From IMG/VR virus record IMGVR_UViG_3300012940_000883, positions 1-24,403 of that record: DNA of 24,403 nucleotides. The stretch is one strand, 5' to 3'. A program made the translations under genes and the position numbers. Source of the stretch: a virus. Lineage: Duplodnaviria > Caudoviricetes. Numbering within the stretch: position 1 is the stretch's first letter; each line of letters begins with the position of its first letter. Under the pieces are notes generated by a model. It was not told the origin of the DNA, ran no database searches, and was given only the letters and a program-made list of their open reading frames with translations. This document shows positions 16,755 to 24,402 of the stretch, piece after piece.

Positions 16755-16794
16755 GCCCGGCCAGTGCTTCGGCGCTGCGCCGGGCTTTCTTTTT
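16755..16794 (+). terminator. Rho-independent terminator ending the head operon
   Basis: GCCCGGC-CAGTGC-TTCG-GCGCTG-c-GCCGGGC stem with a cUUCGg loop followed by TTTCTTTTT. Confidence 0.85.
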
Positions 16795-16805
16795 GAGAGG
16801 CCACC

Positions 16806-17762
16806 ATGGCACAGGGCGACACCGCCGCACTCCTCAAGTCGATTCGCGGGCACACCCAACTGCCCACGGCGCAAATCACCTTCGACAACGCCACCACTCT
16901 GGAGATTGCGACAGAGGAGTTGTACTCCTACTTGCTGCCGACGCTACTCCAGGAGAGGCAGGAGTTTTGGACGGGGGCGCAAGGGCGCTACACCATTGCG
17001 TTACAGGAGGGCGTTGGAGTGTACCCCATTCGCCCGCGCGCGGCGGGCATGAAGATTCGCAGCGCACGGCTGCTGGACATCGTCGGCACGCCAACGCCAC
17101 TGGCCACCTATGAGTTGGAGGACGTCAACAAGTGGGTGCAGGACTCGGGCTACCCTTCGGGCTTGGTGCTGGAGGGCGGAAGTTTCCGCCTCTTCCCAAC
17201 GCCGCGTGGACTGGCCGGCTGGAGCGTAGAGGTGCAGACGTACCTGCGGCCCGCCGCGCTGGTGGAGTCCATTCGGTGCGCCGTCGTCAACAACATCCTC
17301 CCGGTGCCCGCTGGCCAGACGAGCGTCCAAGTCCTCATCAACGCTGACAACATGGACCTGATTTCCGGTGTTGGCACGCTGGACATTGTCCGCAGCACGC
17401 CGCCGTTTGAGGGCGTCGCCGTCAACGCGGCGCTGACGGATGCCATCAACATGGGTGGCTCAAGCTACCAGCTGATTTTCGCTGGCACTTTCGACGTTGC
17501 CGAAGGGGATTACGTGTGCTTGCCAGACACGGCGCCCGTGGTGCAGGCGCCCCTGGAGTGGCACCCGCTGCTGGCCCTCAAGGTGGCCGCGCGCCAGCTG
17601 GCCTCGGTGGGCGACACGGAGATGGCATCCGTCAAGGCAGCCGAGTTGAAGGAGAAGGAGGCGAAGGTAGGCATCGTCATTCGCCCGAGGCGTGAGGATG
17701 CAGGCCGAAAGGTGGGCAACGGCACCTCGAAGTGGCGCAGCGGCTGGCCCTCCACGTGGTGA
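16806..17762 (+). CDS. head-tail adaptor (tail tubular A / gp4-like) protein
   Basis: Position; N-terminal helices; central F(R)LFPTP beta region; C-terminal PLEWHPLLALKVAARQLASVGD adaptor-like motif. Confidence 0.7.
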   Translation: MAQGDTAALLKSIRGHTQLPTAQITFDNATTLEIATEELYSYLLPTLLQERQEFWTGAQGRYTIALQEGVGVYPIRPRAAGMKIRSARLLDIVGTPTPLATYELEDVNKWVQDSGYPSGLVLEGGSFRLFPTPRGLAGWSVEVQTYLRPAALVESIRCAVVNNILPVPAGQTSVQVLINADNMDLISGVGTLDIVRSTPPFEGVAVNAALTDAINMGGSSYQLIFAGTFDVAEGDYVCLPDTAPVVQAPLEWHPLLALKVAARQLASVGDTEMASVKAAELKEKEAKVGIVIRPRREDAGRKVGNGTSKWRSGWPSTW

Positions 17763-18003
17763 CAAGGGGAGTTTGCGTGACTGAGAGTGAACTTGTGTTA
17801 AATGGCGGACACCACCATCCCGTGAGGGTTTGTGGCTACCCATTGAAAACGAGGCGCATACGCGTCCCATCTTTCTCGTCCCTGTCCTGCTGTTGGCATG
17901 TGGTGCTGCCAAGCCCAAGTGCCCTCCCGTCAACTCCGCGCCGCCGACGACATGCGGTCTCAACCAGACATGCGAAACCGAGTGCGGAATTTGGGGGCCT
18001 GAA

Positions 18004-20520
18004 GTGAGTACCCAAGTATTCGCGGCAAAGGGGCTCTACCGTAGCCCCAACTACGTCTCGGATGTGCCTGCTGGTGCGGCGCTGGTCGCGGACAACCTCG
18101 TTGTGCCGCGCCCGGATATCTACGAGACGCACCGAGGCGCGGAGCGTCTGCCGGGCGTGTTCCCGGACGGCGTGGACATCACTGCCATGGTGGAGTTCCG
18201 AGGCGTCCTCATCGCCTATGGCGCTGGTCGCCTTGCGCGCTACTCCAGCGGCACGTGGGTTCAGTACACGGGGACCTACCTTCCGCCCGATGGTCCGCTG
18301 CGAGATTCAGAAGGGGAGATGCTCCCTGGCCGCGTCATCTTCCACGAGGTGGGCGAAGCGCTGTATTTCACCACGTCAAAGGGCGTCTTCCGTCTGGAGG
18401 ATCCTCTCTCACAGCCTGAGTTGTCGGGCGTTATCCAAGCGCTTGCTGGAGTCGTCACGCTGTCAGTGGGAGTCGGGACGGCGCTGCCCCCAGAGTCCTC
18501 AGTTGCGTTCCGCTATGTCTGGGGGAAACGGACGACAAAAGGGCGGCTGATTCTGGGCGCTCCCTCCGGACGCATGGTGATCTACAACACCAGCACGACC
18601 GACGCGAAAGACGTTGTCCATGCGGTTCCGGTCCCTGCTGAGGTTCGCGATGTAGACGGCTATTTCCTGCAAGTCTACAAGTCGCAGACCTTCCCGCTCA
18701 ATGTCGCTCCAGACGATGAGATGGCGCTGACCTATGAGCGCGCCGTCTCCGAGATGGGGACTGGTTCAGTCTTCACCTTCAGCGACATCGACCCAGAACC
18801 ACGTGGCGCTGCTGCGTATTTCGCTCCCAGTGTCGGATCTCTTCAAGACTCGAAGTATCGGCCGCCGATTGCTACGGACATCATCACCTTTGGTGGGTCG
18901 ACAGTCTTTCTGAATGCGCAAGGGCCGCAATCCATCGATCTTACTCTGCTGGGTGTCGGAGGGCCTAACGGCCTTCAGGTCGATGACGGACTAATCTTCC
19001 GCTTCGCGGATGGCACTGCCGAAAGCTACTATGGAGCCACGTCCGAGGGGCTTCCGGGCAGTGGCACCTTCCAGGTCTATACGACCGGGACTCCCGCCCA
19101 AAACATTGCCGACACGACGAATAGCCTCCTGCGAATGATGAATCGCCGTACCAACGGGAAGCTGTACGGGCAATACTTGTCCACCGACAACGACTTCCCA
19201 GGGCAATTTCAGGTGTCGGCACGCACTCTAGATCAGCCTGCGATCATCGTTCGCGCTGGGCAGACCCGGCCCTGTTTCGCCCCTGACCTCAACGTCCTAC
19301 AAATCCCATACTCTGTGTCCAGGAGTGCTGGCGTTGTGACGGTGACGATGTTTGCCGGGTATCCTCACGGATTCAACGTTGGCGATACTTTCGTATGGAG
19401 CACAAACCCGACCGACGCCATCAACTTCCCGCCTGGAGTCAAGACGGTTGCAACCGTCGTCGATTCACTGACGTTCACCTACAACGAGGCTGGCCCTAAT
19501 GCGGTAGTCGCGTTGACGGGGAGCACAATCATTCGAGACGTTCCAGACGTTGAGACAATCGCATCGGTCTATTCGGTAGCGTGGTCTCCGCTCCAAGAAC
19601 CAGATGCGGCGCCAGTGCTCCAAAACGCCCAGGCTGGCAACCCCGATTTGCCGGTGCTGCGCGCGCTGCTGCTGGACAATAGCCTCTATCTCCTCAAGGA
19701 GGACGGTCTCTTCCGGCTGAGTGGTAGCACGCCCAACACCTTCGCGGTGGACGCCTATGACACGACGGTGTCCTTCCGCTCGCCGTGGGCCTCATGGACG
19801 CTGGGCGGTCGTGCCTATGCCCTCACCACAGAGGGACTCAAGGTGTGGAGCGAGTCCGCCAAGCCGCAGCCGGCGAGTGTCTCTATCGAGCAAGACTTGC
19901 TCGACCTGATGGGGCAGTTCCCGGACGCCGTCAACAGCCTCTCGTTCGTCGTCAACTACGAGTCGGAGCGTCGCCTCTACCTATGGCTGCCCACGAGCAA
20001 CGACTCCGTGTCGGCGGACGCGGCGTGGGTGTACTCGTATTTGACGGACACGTGGACGCGATACGTGCAACCAGCAAATACCGCGATTGTCTCGCCGGAA
20101 CTCAATCGAATGGTGATTGCGCCCCCTGGCTCGCCGCAGCTGCTGCGCGAGCGCAAGACGCGCACCAACGCGGATTTCCAGGGCCCTGACGGTGAGGCGA
20201 TTCCCGTCGCGTTGGAGTACACGGCACAGGTGGGGGGCAGCCCGCTCGACTCCAAACAGTGGAGCCGCTTCTCGTGGCACTTCGAGGCCCAGACACCTTC
20301 GGTGGTGACGGCCTCCTACCGCACCGAAATCACCCTGGACCCACAGGTGGTGACAATTCCCGGAAGCGGCACCGCGTCCTCGGGCATCCTTCAAACGCTG
20401 GTGCCACCCGAGACAGCGCGGAGCCAGTACCTCTACAGTCGTATTGAGCATGCGGTGGCCCAGCAGCCATTCCGCTTGCTTGGCTACGTGGTGCGGCACC
20501 GCAACTACCGGCAGAAGTGA
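18004..20520 (+). CDS. tail nozzle / stabilisation protein (tail tubular B / P22 gp10-like)
   Basis: About 838 aa, beta-rich, following the adaptor. N-terminal GLYRSPN...PAGAALVADN and late AWVYSYLTDTWTRY are typical. Start placed at GTG 18004; the frame is open upstream to 17830. Confidence 0.72.
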   Translation: MSTQVFAAKGLYRSPNYVSDVPAGAALVADNLVVPRPDIYETHRGAERLPGVFPDGVDITAMVEFRGVLIAYGAGRLARYSSGTWVQYTGTYLPPDGPLRDSEGEMLPGRVIFHEVGEALYFTTSKGVFRLEDPLSQPELSGVIQALAGVVTLSVGVGTALPPESSVAFRYVWGKRTTKGRLILGAPSGRMVIYNTSTTDAKDVVHAVPVPAEVRDVDGYFLQVYKSQTFPLNVAPDDEMALTYERAVSEMGTGSVFTFSDIDPEPRGAAAYFAPSVGSLQDSKYRPPIATDIITFGGSTVFLNAQGPQSIDLTLLGVGGPNGLQVDDGLIFRFADGTAESYYGATSEGLPGSGTFQVYTTGTPAQNIADTTNSLLRMMNRRTNGKLYGQYLSTDNDFPGQFQVSARTLDQPAIIVRAGQTRPCFAPDLNVLQIPYSVSRSAGVVTVTMFAGYPHGFNVGDTFVWSTNPTDAINFPPGVKTVATVVDSLTFTYNEAGPNAVVALTGSTIIRDVPDVETIASVYSVAWSPLQEPDAAPVLQNAQAGNPDLPVLRALLLDNSLYLLKEDGLFRLSGSTPNTFAVDAYDTTVSFRSPWASWTLGGRAYALTTEGLKVWSESAKPQPASVSIEQDLLDLMGQFPDAVNSLSFVVNYESERRLYLWLPTSNDSVSADAAWVYSYLTDTWTRYVQPANTAIVSPELNRMVIAPPGSPQLLRERKTRTNADFQGPDGEAIPVALEYTAQVGGSPLDSKQWSRFSWHFEAQTPSVVTASYRTEITLDPQVVTIPGSGTASSGILQTLVPPETARSQYLYSRIEHAVAQQPFRLLGYVVRHRNYRQK

Positions 20521-20524
20521 TTTC

Positions 20525-20554
20525 TTGACTCGCACGGAGAGTCCGGTACTCTCC
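20525..20554 (+). promoter_or_regulatory. sigma70-type promoter with overlapping palindromic operator
   Basis: TTGACT-N16-TACTCT. The inverted repeat GGAGAGT-ccggt-ACTCTCC (20536-20554) overlaps the spacer and -10. Confidence 0.55.
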
Positions 20555-20559
20555 ACCTC

Positions 20560-20685
20560 GTCACTGGCGTCCTCCCAGTGGCCGTGCGCATCCTAGGCAT
20601 GCTTCCTCCTGCACAAGGCTGCGGGCTCCACTGGGCAACTGGTGGGGCCCGTAGTCTTTGGGTGTAGCCAACCCAAGGAGGCTGT
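20560..20685 (+). ncRNA. candidate structured sRNA or cis-regulatory leader
   Basis: Four successive stems, including a 20-bp helix with five G-U pairs closed by a GCAA (GNRA) tetraloop, and two CCUCC motifs. Confidence 0.55.
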
Positions 20686-21336
20686 ATGCGAGTCGCTGTG
20701 CTGCTGTTGCTGTGTGTGGCGTGCAGTGGGCCCTCGGAGTACGAGCGCGGGGTGTTGACGCGTCCTCCGCCCTCAACGACGTACACCCCGCAGGGTGCTG
20801 GCGCGCCCATGCGTGGTCAGCCAGGAGAGGCCAAGCAGGACGTGCCGCGCAGCCCCAACCGGCGCGTGCTGCCGCCAGAGTCGCGCCCTGGCATTTGGGC
20901 AGCAGACGAGAATGCGCCTAAACCCAAGCGCAACGTCAATCCCCAGGCCAACGCCAACCGCACCCGCGCGCCCATGGAGGACACTCCAGCCGGGATTCCG
21001 GATGCTGCATGGAAGGCGTGCTGGGACACTACCCAGAAGTGCCTCAACAACTACGAGGACACGTCCTACTACTCGGACGCGGACTATGACTGTATGCGCT
21101 GGTGGCTGCTGGTGGCGTGTGGCACCTCCGCCAATGGCTTCACAGAGTATCGCCCGGAGGTGGCGCAGAAGTGGGGAGAGGGGTGGGACACTAAGCGTTA
21201 CATCGACGCGTCCCATGAAATCCGCAGCATCGTCTGCCACTACGTGCCAGACATGCCGCGCCGGCTGAGCAAGGACTATGAGCGCCTCGCAGGCGCATGC
21301 ATGCCTCAGTGGAGGGCCCTTTTCACCGCGCCTTAG
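20686..21336 (+). CDS. lipoprotein (moron), Pro-rich linker plus Cys-rich domain
   Basis: AAGGAGG RBS, MRVAVLLLLCVA|C signal peptidase II-type signal, and six Cys in the C-terminal domain. Confidence 0.8.
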   Translation: MRVAVLLLLCVACSGPSEYERGVLTRPPPSTTYTPQGAGAPMRGQPGEAKQDVPRSPNRRVLPPESRPGIWAADENAPKPKRNVNPQANANRTRAPMEDTPAGIPDAAWKACWDTTQKCLNNYEDTSYYSDADYDCMRWWLLVACGTSANGFTEYRPEVAQKWGEGWDTKRYIDASHEIRSIVCHYVPDMPRRLSKDYERLAGACMPQWRALFTAP

Positions 21337-21404
21337 TTGCCAGCGAGTGCCACGAGTGTAGAGTCCGCCTGCCGCCCACGGGCGGACTCACACAGAGGTG
21401 ACAC

Positions 21405-21647
21405 ATGGCAGGGATGTACCGATTCGCAGTCAAGGGCGGTGGTTTCGCACGGGTGGACCCAACGCAGGTCCGCTCGATTCTCCCCAGCGGCGGAGAGTCC
21501 TCGGGCTACTCCAAGCTGGTGCTGGATGGAGGGCACTCGGTGACGGTTGAGGGGATGGTCGAGCGACTCCACGAGATCCTCTGCCAGTACACCGTGGCGC
21601 CCATCGCGCCCGACCAAACTGAGGAGTCTCCCGTCAGCGTCGGATAG
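21405..21647 (+). CDS. small hypothetical protein (FlbD-like beta pattern)
   Basis: GAGGTG RBS. Pattern VDPTQVRSI...SKLVLDGGHSVTVEGMVERLHEIL. Confidence 0.65.
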   Translation: MAGMYRFAVKGGGFARVDPTQVRSILPSGGESSGYSKLVLDGGHSVTVEGMVERLHEILCQYTVAPIAPDQTEESPVSVG

Positions 21648-22020
21648 TCGTTCCCGGCCGCTCCACCCTGCCCACAGGCTTCCAGCAGCGCCCCTTGTGC
21701 TCCCAGAGGTTGCGGGGGCACGGGGGCGCCGGGACTCCACCATCTGGGTAGGCTGGTAGCACCCAGCACGCTCCGTTGATTTCCACCTCCACCTCACCGC
21801 AGGGCGGCCGGCGCCAGTTGTCGCTGGGCGTCTTGGGGATGGGGGTGGACATCAACTCCAGGACAGAGGACAGCGCCACATCTGATTCGCAAGGCGCGGC
21901 CTCTGCCCGCACGGGCGGCGCATTGCGGCGCAGTAGGTGGGACTCCCCAACGTGCCACAGGAGGGACAGGGAGCAGGCGGCCAAATACCAGGGCCACCGC
22001 TTGGAGTGCAATCGGTACAT
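21634..22020 (-). CDS. membrane-anchored or secreted Cys-rich protein resembling the C-terminal domain of myxobacterial Ser/Thr kinases
   Basis: Hydrophobic WPWYLAACSLSLLW, then PIPKTPSDNWRRPPC-x-EVEINGACW...PPCP...WEHKGRCWKP. No kinase domain is present. Confidence 0.65.
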   Translation of the reverse strand: MYRLHSKRWPWYLAACSLSLLWHVGESHLLRRNAPPVRAEAAPCESDVALSSVLELMSTPIPKTPSDNWRRPPCGEVEVEINGACWVLPAYPDGGVPAPPCPRNLWEHKGRCWKPVGRVERPGTTIRR

Positions 22021-22062
22021 GCCGCCAGTGGACCACGGCTTAACCCGCAAGTCACGCTCGGC

Positions 22063-22091
22063 TTGACTCCCGGGCGACATGCACACAGACT
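22063..22091 (+). promoter_or_regulatory. promoter for a probable leaderless mRNA
   Basis: TTGACT-N17-CAGACT, with the ATG at 22098 six nt later and no SD. Confidence 0.5.
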
Positions 22092-22097
22092 GGCGTC

Positions 22098-22553
22098 ATG
22101 CTCTCGCTAATCCGCCGACTCTTTCGCCGTGAGCCGCCGCACCTGAGAGGTAGGGTGCCCGCCGAATGTGGCGTGGGCGTCTTTGATGACCGGCATTGCG
22201 CGTGGCCGTGGGCCAGCGGGGCACCGGGTGAACCCGCTTCCTGGTGCATTCACCAGCACCGTGCGAATGGGGATAATGCCTGTGGGCACTACGACGCCCC
22301 ATGGCGAGACCGCGACATGGAGGCAGCGCGCTCCGCCCAGCGGGCCTCAGAGGCCCAGCAACTTGCCATGCACAATGCTATCGCTCCTCCAAGGTTCATC
22401 GCGGCCAGGGACTGTTGGCACCACGATTCCATGGGGCTCCCCTTGACCGACAGGGCCATTTGGACGCCCGACATTGTCGAGTGCGACTGTCCAGCGAGGC
22501 CGAGCCCAGCGGAGAATGCCAAGCGCTACTCGCGCCCAGAGTGGACGTGGTAA
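22098..22553 (+). CDS. Cys/His/Trp-rich hypothetical protein
   Basis: 151-aa ORF filling the gap, with a promoter immediately upstream. Confidence 0.55.
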   Translation: MLSLIRRLFRREPPHLRGRVPAECGVGVFDDRHCAWPWASGAPGEPASWCIHQHRANGDNACGHYDAPWRDRDMEAARSAQRASEAQQLAMHNAIAPPRFIAARDCWHHDSMGLPLTDRAIWTPDIVECDCPARPSPAENAKRYSRPEWTW

Positions 22554-22562
22554 CCTGCACGG

Positions 22563-23330
22563 ATGGCGCCGAAACTTCCCGTCCGCAAGATCGACGAAGC
22601 CGATTGCCCCGACTTGCCGGGTGACTCCAGGACGCAGTTGCTGGAGCCACTCAACCGCAACCTGGACGTCCTGTCGCTGGCGCTGGATGCCGGCCTGACG
22701 CTGGCCAACCAGCGTGTCCTCGTCAAAACGGTGCAGGTGATTGGCCCCGACGAGTGGGTGCCGCTCACGCTGGCCCCCAACTGGGCCGCTGGCCTGGACA
22801 CCTCGGCGCCGTCCCCAGCTTACCGCTACAGCGTTGACGGCCTCTGGACGGAGTTGAGGGGTGCCGTCCGGTGGACGGGCGGCGGGAGCCCCGCTAGTGG
22901 GACGCTGGTCGCCACGCGCCTGCCCACCGCGACGGGTCGATGGCGGCATGTGGTGGACTCCGCGACGGGCTATGGCCGCGTGGACTCGTTTGGCGATGGG
23001 ACGCTGACGTACGTGACGGGCGGTGCGGCGGACCTCTCGTTGGCCGGCGCGCGCTACGAGGTGGCCAACCCCTCGTTGCCTGCTTGGGCCAAACCTCTCG
23101 ACGTCGTCCTAGGGGAGGTCAACAAGCCCCCCATGGGGCGCCCCGAGGACGTGCGCATTCTCTATGTGGAGCGGGAGGACAAGCAGCTTCCGGGCCCCGT
23201 GTCCATTGAGGGTTGGGTGGCGGGCCCCGTGTCTGCCGACAAGCGAAGCACCGTTCGCTTCAAACGCATCAACGGCCTTGCGCAAGGCGTCAAATACCGA
23301 ATCACCTTCCTCTTCCAATTGCCGGACTAG
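22563..23330 (+). CDS. tail-associated structural protein
   Basis: N-terminal LLEPLN...AL..GLT..N segment, then WVPLTLAPNW...PAYR...ELRGAV of the kind seen in tail/receptor-binding proteins; GC-rich third positions like the core genes. Confidence 0.6.
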   Translation: MAPKLPVRKIDEADCPDLPGDSRTQLLEPLNRNLDVLSLALDAGLTLANQRVLVKTVQVIGPDEWVPLTLAPNWAAGLDTSAPSPAYRYSVDGLWTELRGAVRWTGGGSPASGTLVATRLPTATGRWRHVVDSATGYGRVDSFGDGTLTYVTGGAADLSLAGARYEVANPSLPAWAKPLDVVLGEVNKPPMGRPEDVRILYVEREDKQLPGPVSIEGWVAGPVSADKRSTVRFKRINGLAQGVKYRITFLFQLPD

Positions 23331-23335
23331 TCCAC

Positions 23336-23364
23336 TTGACACGCCAGTAAGTCCGTGCGAGTCT
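23336..23364 (+). promoter_or_regulatory. putative promoter
   Basis: TTGACA-N17-GAGTCT (TG-extended) right after the stop at 23330, with a GGGAGG RBS downstream. Confidence 0.4.
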
Positions 23365-23389
23365 GCGTGCATACCGAGGGAGGCAGCAC

Positions 23390-24034
23390 ATGGACACGAT
23401 GCGGATTCGGACGGATAGCGGAGTCGTGGAGATGCCCGCGCGGATGCCGGACAGTTTCACCTTCGAGGTGTTCCTTCCCTCACGGGGGGTGAGGACGTTC
23501 ACCGCGTTTCTCGACAGCCGTAACGTCGCGCTGGCGGAGGTGCGCGACGTGCTGCTGGCGTCTCCGGAAAGCGACCCTCGCGTCGATGACCCCTACGAGG
23601 TCGACGCGGATGAGCAAGGGGCCGCCGACGAAGCGGCGGGAGACATCATGGAGCGCTTCTGCGAGTTGCTGGGGCTGACGTTCGCCCGGCCTCAGCCCGT
23701 GTTCGTGGCTGGCCCTCTCCTGCCCATTGCCCTGGCGTACGGCGCGGAGGTGAGGGCCTACCAGTCGCTGTCGGCGGCGTGGTCCTCGTTGCACGGGCAT
23801 GGGCACCCCTACCCGCAGCCGGACCCGACGCTGGACATGCTCCGAGACGGCCCCTCCTCGCAGGCCGTGCGGATGCTGGAGACATTGCTGGAGAGGACGC
23901 TGGACCGCTGCGTGCTGGAGCAACAGGCCAGGGCGAAGATGGCCGAGGCGGCGCACCGCAACGGCGACGAGGCCGCGCCGGGCAGCGAGCGGGGCTTCTC
24001 TGGGCGCGGCTTTGACGCGACGGAGGCGCCATGA
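23390..24034 (+). CDS. hypothetical phage protein
   Basis: GGGAGG RBS and an ATGA overlap with the next gene. Confidence 0.7.
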   Translation: MDTMRIRTDSGVVEMPARMPDSFTFEVFLPSRGVRTFTAFLDSRNVALAEVRDVLLASPESDPRVDDPYEVDADEQGAADEAAGDIMERFCELLGLTFARPQPVFVAGPLLPIALAYGAEVRAYQSLSAAWSSLHGHGHPYPQPDPTLDMLRDGPSSQAVRMLETLLERTLDRCVLEQQARAKMAEAAHRNGDEAAPGSERGFSGRGFDATEAP

Positions 24035-24402
24035 GCGCCAAGGACTTCGCGGCCAGCCTCCGTCGTCTCGGCGCCTGTGGCGAGGCGCGCACGTGGGCAA
24101 AGGGCAAGACTCTCCAGCAGGCGTGGGAGGAGTGTCCTCGCGGGGACTGGCTCCTCTGGCTCGCCGGCCACGCCGGGGTCGACCGCACGGTGGTCGTGCT
24201 CGCAGCGTGCGCCTGTGCGCGAGGCGCGCTCAAGCACGTCCGTCCGGGCGAGGAGCGCCCGCTGCGTGCCATTGAGACGGCCGAGGCATGGGCGCGCGGA
24301 GCCGCCTCGGTAAGCCTGGAGGACGTCCGCAAGGCTGCGCGGGCCGCCGACGCCGCCGCCGCCTACGCCTTCGCCGCCTTCGCCGCCGCCTACGCCGCCT
24401 AC
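24031..24402 (+). CDS. Imm5-like ('putative immunity protein') phage protein with Ala/Tyr low-complexity repeats (partial, not in the ORF track)
   Basis: GGAGG RBS. Reads MSAKDFAASLRRLGACGEA...GDWLLWLA...ACACAR...EERPLRAIETAEAWARG, then AAAAYAFAAFAAAYAAY. Confidence 0.7.
   Translation, partial: MSAKDFAASLRRLGACGEARTWAKGKTLQQAWEECPRGDWLLWLAGHAGVDRTVVVLAACACARGALKHVRPGEERPLRAIETAEAWARGAASVSLEDVRKAARAADAAAAYAFAAFAAAYAAY

Noticed and set aside
17830-17832. TTG as the true start of the 896-aa nozzle ORF
   Set aside because: The nearest SD-like GAGGG is only 1 nt away; GTG 18004 fits the usual N-terminus better.
20560-20660. Multi-stem RNA considered as a tRNA
   Set aside because: No T-loop (GTTCRA), D-loop or acceptor stem; the stems are sequential rather than a cloverleaf.
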